DNA of 64,000 nucleotides, from contig BAAIJX010000003.1 in assembly GCA_054600435.1 (NCBI GenBank), positions 62,001 to 126,000 of the forward strand, given 5' to 3'. The translations under genes were made by a program, and so were the position numbers. The notes under the pieces are model-generated. The model was not told the origin of the DNA. It saw only the letters and a program-made list of their open reading frames with translations, and made no database searches. Origin of the DNA: Neophaeotheca triangularis. Its lineage: Eukaryota. This document shows positions 1 to 9,559 of this stretch, piece by piece (positions within the stretch are counted from its first letter, which is position 1; each line of letters opens with the position of its first letter).

Positions 1-232
1 GCCCTTTGGGTTGTCGTGAACGATAGAGCTTGCGTTCCTCTTCACCTTCAAACGCTCACTTACGACTATTCGCCACCGGCCGTCTCAACTTGCGCACTCG
101 GTGCTGGCGCTTCCTTTCTCTGACTCTGCAAGCGGCAAAGTCCCTGCTACCGACTGGTTGAACTTGGTTGGTCGCAAAGCAAAGACTTCGGCCTTCAAGA
201 TTCATGCAGTAAGTCGGAGGCGAGTAGACGGA

Positions 233-945
233 TCATGTCTGCTTAGGCCGCTGTCTCCACGACGAGTCGAAATAATCCGACAAGCGCTTCTCGACGACAT
301 CCTCTGAATCCTCCACCGTGATGATAAAAACAATGATGACGCAGAAAAAGCTACATGCCAAAGCGAGTATGGCAATGAAAAAGCCGGCAGCGCTCAAAAA
401 GTCATTGTCCGACTTGCTGACGGCGAGTGAACCCTGCGTCACGAGACCAAGAGAGACAGAAAGGGAACCAACGAGGGCACAAACTGTGTGGCGTGTCAGC
501 ATTTCTAACCTTGGTAAATCGATTCAGCCCTCTTCCACAGCAAAGGCGAGAAGCGAAACGTACCTGCTTCGGTCTTACGCCTCCCCCGTCCAGCATTGTG
601 CAAAATAACCTTGACATCCTTATAAACGATCCGACCATCCTCGTCTCCAAAAATCTCCGCGTATCTCTTGACCGACCACGCATCCATCTCGTGCCCATTG
701 CCAATCGTCCACCGCGCCGCTATGCTCCGGGCATGGTCAACGTCCAGAGATCGCTTCGCCACCAGCAGCTGTGCGATAAACGTGCGGACTTGTTGCGGTG
801 TCGCCTGTTTATCAGGAATTGCGATGGAGCCGTCAGGTTCCCGCCCAAGGGTGTCCGTGTACAGCGGTTGATTTTCATTGGTCTCGCTTGGAGGGTCTCC
901 ATCGTGGGTTTTGCCCGTTTTGTGGACAACTTCAGCACTTCCCAT
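233..945 (-). CDS. Hypothetical protein with two C-terminal transmembrane segments; exons 945-564 and 504-233
   Basis: ORF 505..1191 from the Met at 945 (MGSAEVV...) joins ORF 233..502 in frame through an intron GTACGT(563)...TTAG(505). Exon 2 has two hydrophobic stretches (TVCALVGSLSVSLGLV; FFIAILALACSFFCVIIVFII). Confidence 0.55.
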
Positions 946-1348
946 TTCAGCGGTCCTTGTTTTGGGGTTGAGTGGTTGATGGTGTTCGATTCGGATGCTG
1001 GGTGTTTTGAGTGAGGTGCTCTCGTGCTTTCGGTTCTTAAAGCAAGTTGACACGCCGTGGCAAATGAGCGGGCGCTTTACTTGATGAAGTTTTAGGGTCA
1101 TGGCTACTACTTGGCGTAATGTGTTGTTCACTTCACGCCTGGATTGAACCGAAGAGAGTCGACTACAAAGAAATATGGAGACAAACGTCAAACCAAAGCA
1201 GGTGTACTTACTTATCTACTTTTTTTGTATATAGACGGGAGATCCGTTATGTACTCATCTGTGCTTCCAAGCTGAAGTAGCGAAGCCACTGAGCTCACAC
1301 CTCGAGCACTCAGTAGTAGAAGCGTCCCTTCAGTCTTACAAAGGAACC

Positions 1349-2999
1349 TTACACGTCACAAACCCCATCCACACTCTCAACACCCACCTCCCGCTCCACC
1401 TCGCCATCAACTCCAAACCTCAACATCCTCCCACTCTGATACGGCGGCCAACCAGCCTCCCTCGGCCCACTCTCCGGATCCCTCATAAAAGCCAAAAGCA
1501 AATCCTGCATCCTGTCGCTAACCTCATAAGCCCGTGGCGGGGACTCACCCTGGCCGTTAGTATAGTCCGGATGCGTGCCAAACAATATGGGCAAATCAGC
1601 GCCATGGAAAGCGCCCGCCCAGGGAAGGGGGGAGACATTGCTGAAATTGCCAGAGTAGAGGTAACGGTAGGTGGTTAGGCCAAGCTTCTGGCGCATCTGG
1701 GAAGCAGTGGCAGCCGGGCAGAGGAAGCCGTTCCGCGTGAAAGCATCCGCTTCGGTTTGGTTGACACCCTCGACGTCGTAGGGGATGAGCGTCGCACCTT
1801 CGTTCTCGCACGTGGAGAAGATGGTGGGGCCCTGAGAGATTTTCCCTGCGTCGTAACGGGCGCTGTAGTTTGAGAAGACCAATTCTTCGTCCGGGACTGG
1901 GCTGAATGAGATGGCGGGCTGGGTGCCGTTGTCGCCGTATTCGCCGACGAAGTCCTCGATAGTTTCCCAGTCGAGGTTGCGCATGCAGTCGATTTCTGCC
2001 GTGGCGTTGTCGGGGTGATCGCAGCCAAGGCTTTGAGCAACGAAGGTGAAGTTTGTCTGGTTGGGATCGGAGTCTGAAACGAGTAGGCCTGCTACGCCGG
2101 ATTGGGCGAAGAAGCCCGTGACGATGGGATCTTCGTAGAAAGCAAAGTTTTGGTAGTCGACGCTGCCGGCTCCTGCAGACTGGCCCCAGAGAGTGATGCG
2201 GGAAGCTAGAACGATGAATTAGCGATCGATGCACCGCAAATGAGTAAGAACATCAGATAGGACTCACCATCACCGCCAAAAGCTTCGATGTGATCTCTGA
2301 CCCACTCTAGCGCCAGGCGTTGATCCATTAATCCCAGGTTCTGCTGTTCGAGAGCCGCAGCGTTGGGAAAACCAAAGATGTTCAGTCGGTAGCTGTACTT
2401 CGAGTCAGTCAAAGCTTCATTTCAGACATAAAACAGTCTCTGCCATACTTGATCGTAACCACGATATGCTCCTGACTCCGCTGAACCCAATTGTAGGGAA
2501 GCTGATAATTTATCTCTACGCCTCCTCCATTAAAACCTCCGCCCGTCATGTACATGACTACCGGCAACTTCTCTCCATTCATCGGGGCCCAGATGCTCAG
2601 AGCAAGGCAGTCCTCGGAAATGGGTCCTCCGATGCCGTACCCCTTAGTCGCATCATTGAAGAACGAGGGGATCTCAGTCAGGTATTGTGGACACGATGGA
2701 GGGTATTGCGTAGCGTCGTAGACCTGGCTGGCATTTCCTTCGAACTTCTGAGGGGGCAGCCAACGGTTTTCGCCAGTCGGGGGCGCAGCAAAGGGGACAC
2801 CGTGGAATTGGCGTACGTCTGGGGTGCTACCATTGATAATGCCCCGGTAAATGCCTGACTCGGTCTCGACGATGAGAGGATTATCGCAGTTGCTTTGATG
2901 CCCCCTGTGCGGCGGCCGCTGATGGTAGTGTTCGTCGGATCCTCCGGCAGTGGCGAGACTGCTGAGAGCAAGCAGGGCTATAGCCTTGTAGGAAAACAT
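1349..2999 (-). CDS. Secreted type-B carboxylesterase/lipase (alpha/beta hydrolase), at least 2 introns
   Basis: Signal peptide MFSYKAIALLALSSLATA; motifs FHGVPFAAPP, SEDCL, YRLNIFGFP, NLGLMDQRLALEWV, nucleophile elbow ITLWGQSAG (~2170-2200) and GAFHGADL. Introns near 2447-2393 and 2267-2207. Confidence 0.93.
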
Positions 3000-4513
3000 C
3001 GTGTAGGACTGACTGGCTATAGAGGAAGATGCAAAAGCTGTCGTAAGCTTGGGAAGAAGCTTCTGGGTGTCGCTTGGCCGGACATTATGGACCTTAAGTA
3101 GCTACCTGAGCATTCTGTTTACTAAGACATAGGTCCCGTGACTACCATGATTGTGGTGAAGGTGCGGTGAAGACGCTCAAGGTCGCCTAGCTGCCTCAAT
3201 GGTCCTCCCTAGGCAGGAAATATTGCGTACTCAGTAGTTACTCCGCTCGCAAGAGGCTTTTTCCCGCATTTTTCGTCCGCATTGGTGGGGTTGCGTTCTC
3301 CGCATCGAACTGGATCGAGAATTGGGAGAGTCAGGATCGGACTTGGACCAAATCATGGGCTCTGTAGTCCGCACGCTCTAGGAAGTACGGGAAAATTGCG
3401 TCATGTGTCGTTGCTTTGTAAAATGCGATGGTATTGTGGAGCAGGGAGAATGTGAGTGAGGAAGTGTCTTGGTTCAAGCACAAGTGCAGATATACCTAGC
3501 TAGGTACTTAAGGTATGTGTTGGGAGATGTCGTTGTCATTTCTGAGATGCCTAAGGCCAGAACAGGCATGCTGATCTAAGCGAGGACCTCACTCCCAGGC
3601 CGTCTCTAACTACCTCGGCTTACTTTACAGGCTCTATTGAACTTCACTCTCTCCTTTCGCTTCTTGTCAACACTGTCAAAGTCAAGTCTGAAAGCTCGTT
3701 GATAGATTGACAAAATGATACAGCAAAGAAGGAAGCTTTGGACTGATGTTCAACACGCGCCCGTCTCAGGACTCGACCGGCAAGGCCAATAGCATCAAAC
3801 TGCGCCTCAGCAGGATTCAGCCTTGCATACGCCTTCGCTTCGTAGGCCCGGGGCTTGGAAGCTATGCAAGATATGGAAATTGGGCGGCTTTTCCTGCTGC
3901 CGCTTATTCCAGTTCTAGCCTTCTGGGTTGGATATGAGGGTGTTTCTACATGATGAAGGAAAATCCGCCCAGTATCCATCGTATCCACCGACCTAAGACC
4001 TTCGAGGGTACTTCGACGAAGACAGACGAGCTACCGGAACGTCAACTTGATTTTGGGCTGCTTGCAGGACCTGACCTGGCAATCGTGACACGCTTGCAGA
4101 ATTCAGACCCCATGAGCAAAGCTCCTAGGATAGACACGTGGATAGACCAACGGTATCCTTAGGAACGACATCTTTCCGCAGCCGCTATAGATTGGCTGAT
4201 AATCAGGTCACTCAGATGCTCATAGCGCATCAGGGTCTTTCGATTCATCATTAATAATCACGGAAACGTTGGATTCGGCCGCTGAAAGATGGGAACCATA
4301 GTAATGTAATTTCGCTCTATGCTGGAAGCCCACCAAAAGATTCTCTGACACATTTCATAGATCGCACAGCCTGGAGTGTCGGTCTCCAACTCAAGTACAG
4401 ATCTTTTCTCAAACCTCGGTCAAGCTCCCTAGGCACAGTCTCCACTCTCAGATCTCAAAATCGCAGTCAACTCTCAAGTCTTTTCCCCCACGCATGACAG
4501 AGAGAAAAAAGAA

Positions 4514-5100
4514 TCACTTGCAGTTAAGCGTCACCCTCGTCTGCCCCTTATCCGTATTGGCGGTAAACTGCAAGTTGGCAAAGACCGCCGCATCATCCAG
4601 ATCAAAGTCGTCGTCGTCAAGTCGCAGGGCTGTGTTCCAAATATCCACAACTTTCGGGTCGGGCTTCTGGTTGGAGAAGAGTTCGTACGAAGTGTACCAC
4701 TTGCCCACGCGAGCCGTTGAGAAGAGCCCGGATTTCTCTGTCTGTTGGGCCAGAACGTCTTTGAGGTCTTTGAGATCTTGTTTGGTTTCCGCTCGGCAAG
4801 GGCGGTCGCCTAGGTAAGTGATGCAGCACGCGTTGGCGGCGTTTCGGTCCTGGCAGACTGTGAAGGGGTTAGTTATTGTCGATTTTATTTGGGGGGAGGG
4901 GCATAGATGGGATGTATGCGGGACTTACCTTTGCTGAGGTCCCACCAATCGTAGTTTGACAGGCGCTGTGCACCCGTTGGCTCGCAGACAGAAGGGACGT
5001 CACGCTTGTCAAGAGTGTCCAAAGAGTCAATTGGGGAGGCAAAGCTCGAGGGCAGAAGGACTGCAATTGCAGTAGCAGCAAGGGCGGAAGTTGGCTTCAT
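4514..5100 (-). CDS. Small secreted six-cysteine protein (171 aa) with Kex2-type pro-domain; effector candidate; exons 5100-4929 and 4857-4514
   Basis: Signal peptide MKPTSALAATAIAVLLPSSFA followed by SPIDSLDTLDKR. Intron GTAAGT(4928)...CTAAC...CACAG(4858) joins in frame to VCQDRNAANACCITYLGDRPC...RVTLNCK*. TATA-like ATATAAAA on the minus strand near 5243-5250. Confidence 0.85.
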
Positions 5101-5513
5101 TGTGCTTTGGAAGATGGTTGTATTTGGGAATAAATCGATGATTCCGTGGTGTAGGTTGGGTTCGGTGTGTTCGATGCAGAGATAAATGTTGGTTGCTGTT
5201 GGTAGTGAGGTTATGCTGTCTGTAAGAATGGGATCAAGTCGGTTTTATATTCATCTTTACAAGACATCCAACCACTCTCTTCTACTTTCGAGACCATGGT
5301 CAACATGCTATATTCGTTCATGGCACTGCGCCTTGTCGAACGTGGGTCAGGACAACGGACGTGTTTCTCCTACTAGGCACGATGGATTTAGCCAATCGAC
5401 CTACATATGGCTCGTGAGTTTTGTGATCGCTGTTGGCATACACTTGTCACCGCCACATTTGAGCTTGGCTGCGCCTTATAAATATATGTAAACATATATA
5501 GCAAAGCAATTAG

Positions 5514-5665
5514 TGTTGTAATATGTAGCGGTACGAACTCGATTGATTGATTACCAAGGACTAAACTAGGTGCTTTGCAGCAAAGCCTATAAAGACAGGT
5601 TGCGGCTTCTGCAGCTTCTACCTCAGGCATCTGTTACGTGCTACGTAGTACGGCTCATTACAACA
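5514..5665 (-). repeat. Copia 3' LTR (152 bp)
   Basis: Matches 19668-19819 with 8 differences by manual alignment, all transitions. Purine tract AGGGAGAG directly upstream on the minus strand (5666-5673). Confidence 0.96.
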
Positions 5666-5673
5666 CTCTCCCT
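5666..5673 (-). other. Copia polypurine tract
   Basis: Minus strand AGGGAGAG abuts the 3' LTR. Confidence 0.75.
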
Positions 5674-5902
5674 ACTGTCAAGCAACACGTGAATGCCCTT
5701 TTTTTTTTTAGTAGTGACTATGTGAATGCTACGTTTTGCGGCAATTGCCGCTACTACGCGCTACTATGCGTTGTTATGTAGAAGCTACTAGTGATAGGTA
5801 GAAGGTGTTTTGCTATTACTTTCAGGAAGCTCCTAAAAGAACATAGTATTATAAAAAAAGGCCTACTTCTCCTACTATAGTTCTCTAACCTTTCTTACTA
5901 CT

Positions 5903-6750
5903 ATAACCTTCTCTAATAACTAGTCTTGTCTTTACTAGTTACCTTAATACTAATAGCTTTACCTTCTACTAATACTAGCTAGTAATACTAATAACTTTAG
6001 TACTAATAGTAGTATAGCTACTATTAACTAAAGCATAATAGGTAGTATAGGTAGCTCTAGTAGTAGTAAGAAGCTACTAACTAGTACTCCCTCTAGTTAT
6101 GCTATATATGACCTAAACTAGCTAGCTACTTTAAGTAAGTTACTATAGACTAGCTATAAGAATTTCGCTAACATCTTTAGTCCTAAACTATATCTAGCTA
6201 GACCTAGCTACCCTATATAGAATTCGCCGCATTATAGTTAATCTTAGACTAGATAATGTTAAGTAAATACTACTACAATTCCATAATAATGAAGCCTAGT
6301 AGTTCTATACCTCTAATAAGTCCCTAGCCCTAAAGAATGAACTAGAAATAAGGGTAGCTAGTAAGAAATTTTACCTATCTTCTACTAAGAACACTAATTA
6401 CCTCCCTACTACTATGACCTAAGCTACTAAGGGAGGCAAAATTCATGAAGGGGATATAGCTTACACTAGATATAAGAAGGGTAATAGCCCTTAGAAGAAT
6501 TGTGTTATCTTAGAACATAAAGGAAAGAAGTTTATAAAGGGAGCCTATAGTAACTATAGCTATAGTAACTATTTTAACTAATATGACTTCTCTTATAAGT
6601 ACTACTAATATAGGCCAATTTCCGTAGGAATTCTTTACTAATATATAGGTAGCCTATTAACTAGTCCTATAAATAAAGTCTTTATAGGAAACTCTAGTGT
6701 CTTTACTAAGAAGGATAGGGTTAATAGCTAGCTCTCCCGCTCCCCTAATA
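5903..6750 (+). pseudogene. RIP-mutated intron-containing gene antisense to copia pol, encoding a DUF3716-like Cys-rich domain; both ends approximate
   Basis: Plus frame ~6396-6593 reads NYLPTTMT*ATKGGKIHEGDIAYTRYKKGNSP*KNCVILEHKGKKFIKGAYSNYSYSNYFN*YDFS. Reverting TA to TG/CA gives N..AAMAQ...CxRCxKGNGPWKNCV...GACxNC...CDF. Intron GTAAGT(6135)...GCTAAC...TTTAG(6180); probable second intron 6595-6648. Confidence 0.75.
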
Positions 6751-7183
6751 ACTAGTAGATATACTAAAGTGCTAATCCCTAATAGTATTAATTAGAGTAT
6801 ACTAGCTAGGGCTACTATATTTACTTAGGCCTTAAGGTAAAGGGTAGATATCTATAGTAGTAAGTCTACCCTTAATAGGGGAATAGGTCCTAGATCTACA
6901 CTATCTACTATAAGAGCTAGGTCTAGTAGGGAAAGCACCTTTTAGGGCTTCCTAACTTCTATAGGAAGCTCCTCTAGTTCTAGTAGTTCTTCTTCCTCTT
7001 TAAGCCTCTTAGTAAGGAAGGATAATAGCTCTAAGAGTAGTTAGAGTAATCCTAAGGATAGCTAGAAGAAATAAAATAAAGGAAAAGGGTAGTGATGTCC
7101 TATAAGGGTGTTATTTTTTAGGGGATAGTTTCCTAAGGTTTTAGTGTTTTCTAGGGTTTTTTGGGTTTTGTTTCTTAGGTTTC

Positions 7184-7406
7184 TATAAGACTAAGACTAT
7201 GACTCGGTCAGGATTACGGTATAGCGAGAGTAGAACGTAATAATGGTAATAATAGTAATAGTCCTTTAATATAGAAACTATTCGATAGTAGATAGGAGAC
7301 TTTACTATTAGCTATCTCATATACTTTCGTAGTATGTATACTTAGTACTCCTAAGCTACTCTATAGCTTAGACTACTAATATCCTACTAGCGCTATAGTC
7401 GTGACA
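7184..7406 (-). repeat. Gypsy 3' LTR (223 bp)
   Basis: Aligns to 14741-14963 at identical length; minus strand begins TGTCACGAC. Purine tract GAGAGGGAGG at 7411-7420. Confidence 0.95.
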
Positions 7407-7410
7407 ATTA

Positions 7411-7420
7411 CCTCCCTCTC
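7411..7420 (-). other. Gypsy polypurine tract
   Basis: Minus strand GAGAGGGAGG, 4 nt upstream of the 3' LTR. Confidence 0.8.
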
Positions 7421-8119
7421 TAGTAGCTCGTCCTCGAGCTAGTACTTATAAGTACTATTCTTAAGACCCTAGTATAGTATATATATTAGTACCCTCGTTA
7501 AAAACCTCGGTAGTATCTTTACTAAGGAAAAGAGTAATACTATATACTACTATTATACCGTTAGGTTCCTAGAGTATATTTACCCTAAACCTGAGTTCGC
7601 TATAGCGAGGTACGTTATCGTCGCGATAAGTAGTATTAATAGCTATATAGTAGTAATCTAGTAGAGTAGTAATTACTAGTAGAGCCTTAGTATAATTACG
7701 CTATAATTACGTAGAGGTAGTCTACTAGCTACTTCTCTTTCGAAGACTTCCTCCTTCTAACCATAACAATAATAGTCTCTACTCCGTCGTAGTCCCTTTA
7801 GTATACTAGTCTACCTTTTAATAGGGTGACCTTCTTTATTAGTAAGTGAACTTTAGTTCTTTATATATATACTACTATTAGTCTATATACGGTTCCTATT
7901 ATTCTTCGATAATGAAACTAACCTTATCTAGTTTCCTATTATTACCTACTTCTAGTAACCTTTCGAAAACCTCACTTAGCGTAGTTTAATAAAAAGGCGC
8001 TCCTCGTACCTCTAATACCTTCTCCCCTTCTTTATTAACCACTTTTTTCGCGATCTTACTATCGCCTTTTTTTTCGCTAGCTTTATTTACTACCTTCATT
8101 ACTCTACTACTATTCTATT

Positions 8120-9478
8120 ATGTCTCTACATATTAGTAAGCGTATAAAGGTACTAGTCGACTATAGCGTTAGCGCTATAGCTATTAATAGTAAGGGTACC
8201 TTTACTATAGATAGGGCGATTATCGCTAAGGGAGTCTTTATGACTAAGGGCTACTATTAGATCGACACTAGTAACTTTATAGAAGAGGAGTTAAAGGATC
8301 TAGTCGATAAGTCGAAGTCTACTAAGAAGGGTTTAAAGTTAGAGAGTATTAGTACGAAGCGCACTATAGCTACTAAGGGTATAGGCTTGAAACGTAAGTA
8401 TACTATAGATAATAATAGGGAGGAGAGTAGTTCTAAGGAAGATATACTAGTGTTCTATTACCTCGCTAACATCGATAAGGATGTAGAGCTTAATCCTCCT
8501 AACATTAATCGCTCTTATTATTCGTATTATATTAAGGAGCTCTTAAGTAATATTCTTACTAGATCTATCGACTTCATCCTACTATACTAGATAGTGTCTT
8601 CTATAACTAGATCAGTATATAACATCTATTAGGATATAAAGTAGTCCTACCTCGAGGTAAGCCTACTATTACTCTATTATCATTATGAGTTCTCGCTAAT
8701 ATCTTTTTAGATCATTCCTAACCTCGCGAGCTAGTATAGCTACTATGTCTAGATGAACTATACTACTATACTCTATCGTGCTAATCATACTAGTAGTAGT
8801 AGCGCTAGTTCGCTAATATACCTTAAGGTCTTAGAAGTTAATGCTAAGGTCTCCTAGTACTTCTATAAGAATAACCGCGCTGTCATCCTAATAGGGGGCC
8901 TTCGTCGTTCTAGTCCTAATAACGATAAGATCTTAACTCTACATAATATAGTATGCCTAATTATGGATTAAACTCGCAACTTCGCCACGATCATTACTAA
9001 TGCTATCGAGAGGCTTATCGCTATCTACTATATAGAAATGTCTATGCTTATTAACGAGATGTCTAGCTATTATTATGCCATGTCTTCTTCTTCGCCGCTA
9101 TATACGACTCCTAGTGTTAGTGTGTCGCCGCCTTATGATAAGACTATCGGTATACTAGTAGAGGCCCTTAAGGTACTAATGTCGACATCTAGAGCTCTAG
9201 TTCGGAGGAGTAGTAGGGACGATACTAGTATGCTACTAGAGATGTCTTCTAATAAGGATTCTTCTTCTTTATTAGAGTCGGATTAGGAGGACGAGGCTCC
9301 TATAGTACTAGTAGTAATTCCTAGGTATATAACGGAGGTTAAGGGTTTGTTTTAGATAAGTAGTAGGAACGATGACGCTCTATCGGTAGTAGAGAATGTA
9401 GGGGGGTCTATTAGTGCTAAAGATTAGCTATAGGCTAATATTGCTAAGGTTTTAAAGGAGTTAGACACTAGGGCTTAA
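8120..9478 (+). pseudogene. RIP-mutated intron-containing accessory gene (~435 codons) antisense to gypsy pol, with putative six-Cys motif
   Basis: ATG 8120 and track ORFs 8387..8590 and 9038..9286 share one frame, with about 12 internal stops by manual count, all TAG/TAA. 54-nt intron GTAAGC(8657)...GCTAAT...TTTTTAG(8710). Confidence 0.7.
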
Positions 9479-9559
9479 GCGTTTATTTAATCATTTACAT
9501 ACTCTCTATAAGCGCCGTTGTCCTATCGCTAGTCTATCTATAGTAGCTATTAATTAAGA

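Noticed and set aside
3644..4162. Cluster of short ORFs on both strands
   Set aside because: No recognisable motif, consistent frame or convincing splice signals.
5880..7030. Minus-strand (copia-sense) reading with a CxxC-x6-C-like pattern near 6290-6320
   Set aside because: That frame is stop-rich. The plus-strand frame explains the region better, with a DUF3716-like motif and a canonical intron.
7441..7500. Possible chromodomain next to the gypsy 3' LTR
   Set aside because: Weak match. The real chromodomain follows the GPF motif at about 9720-9845.
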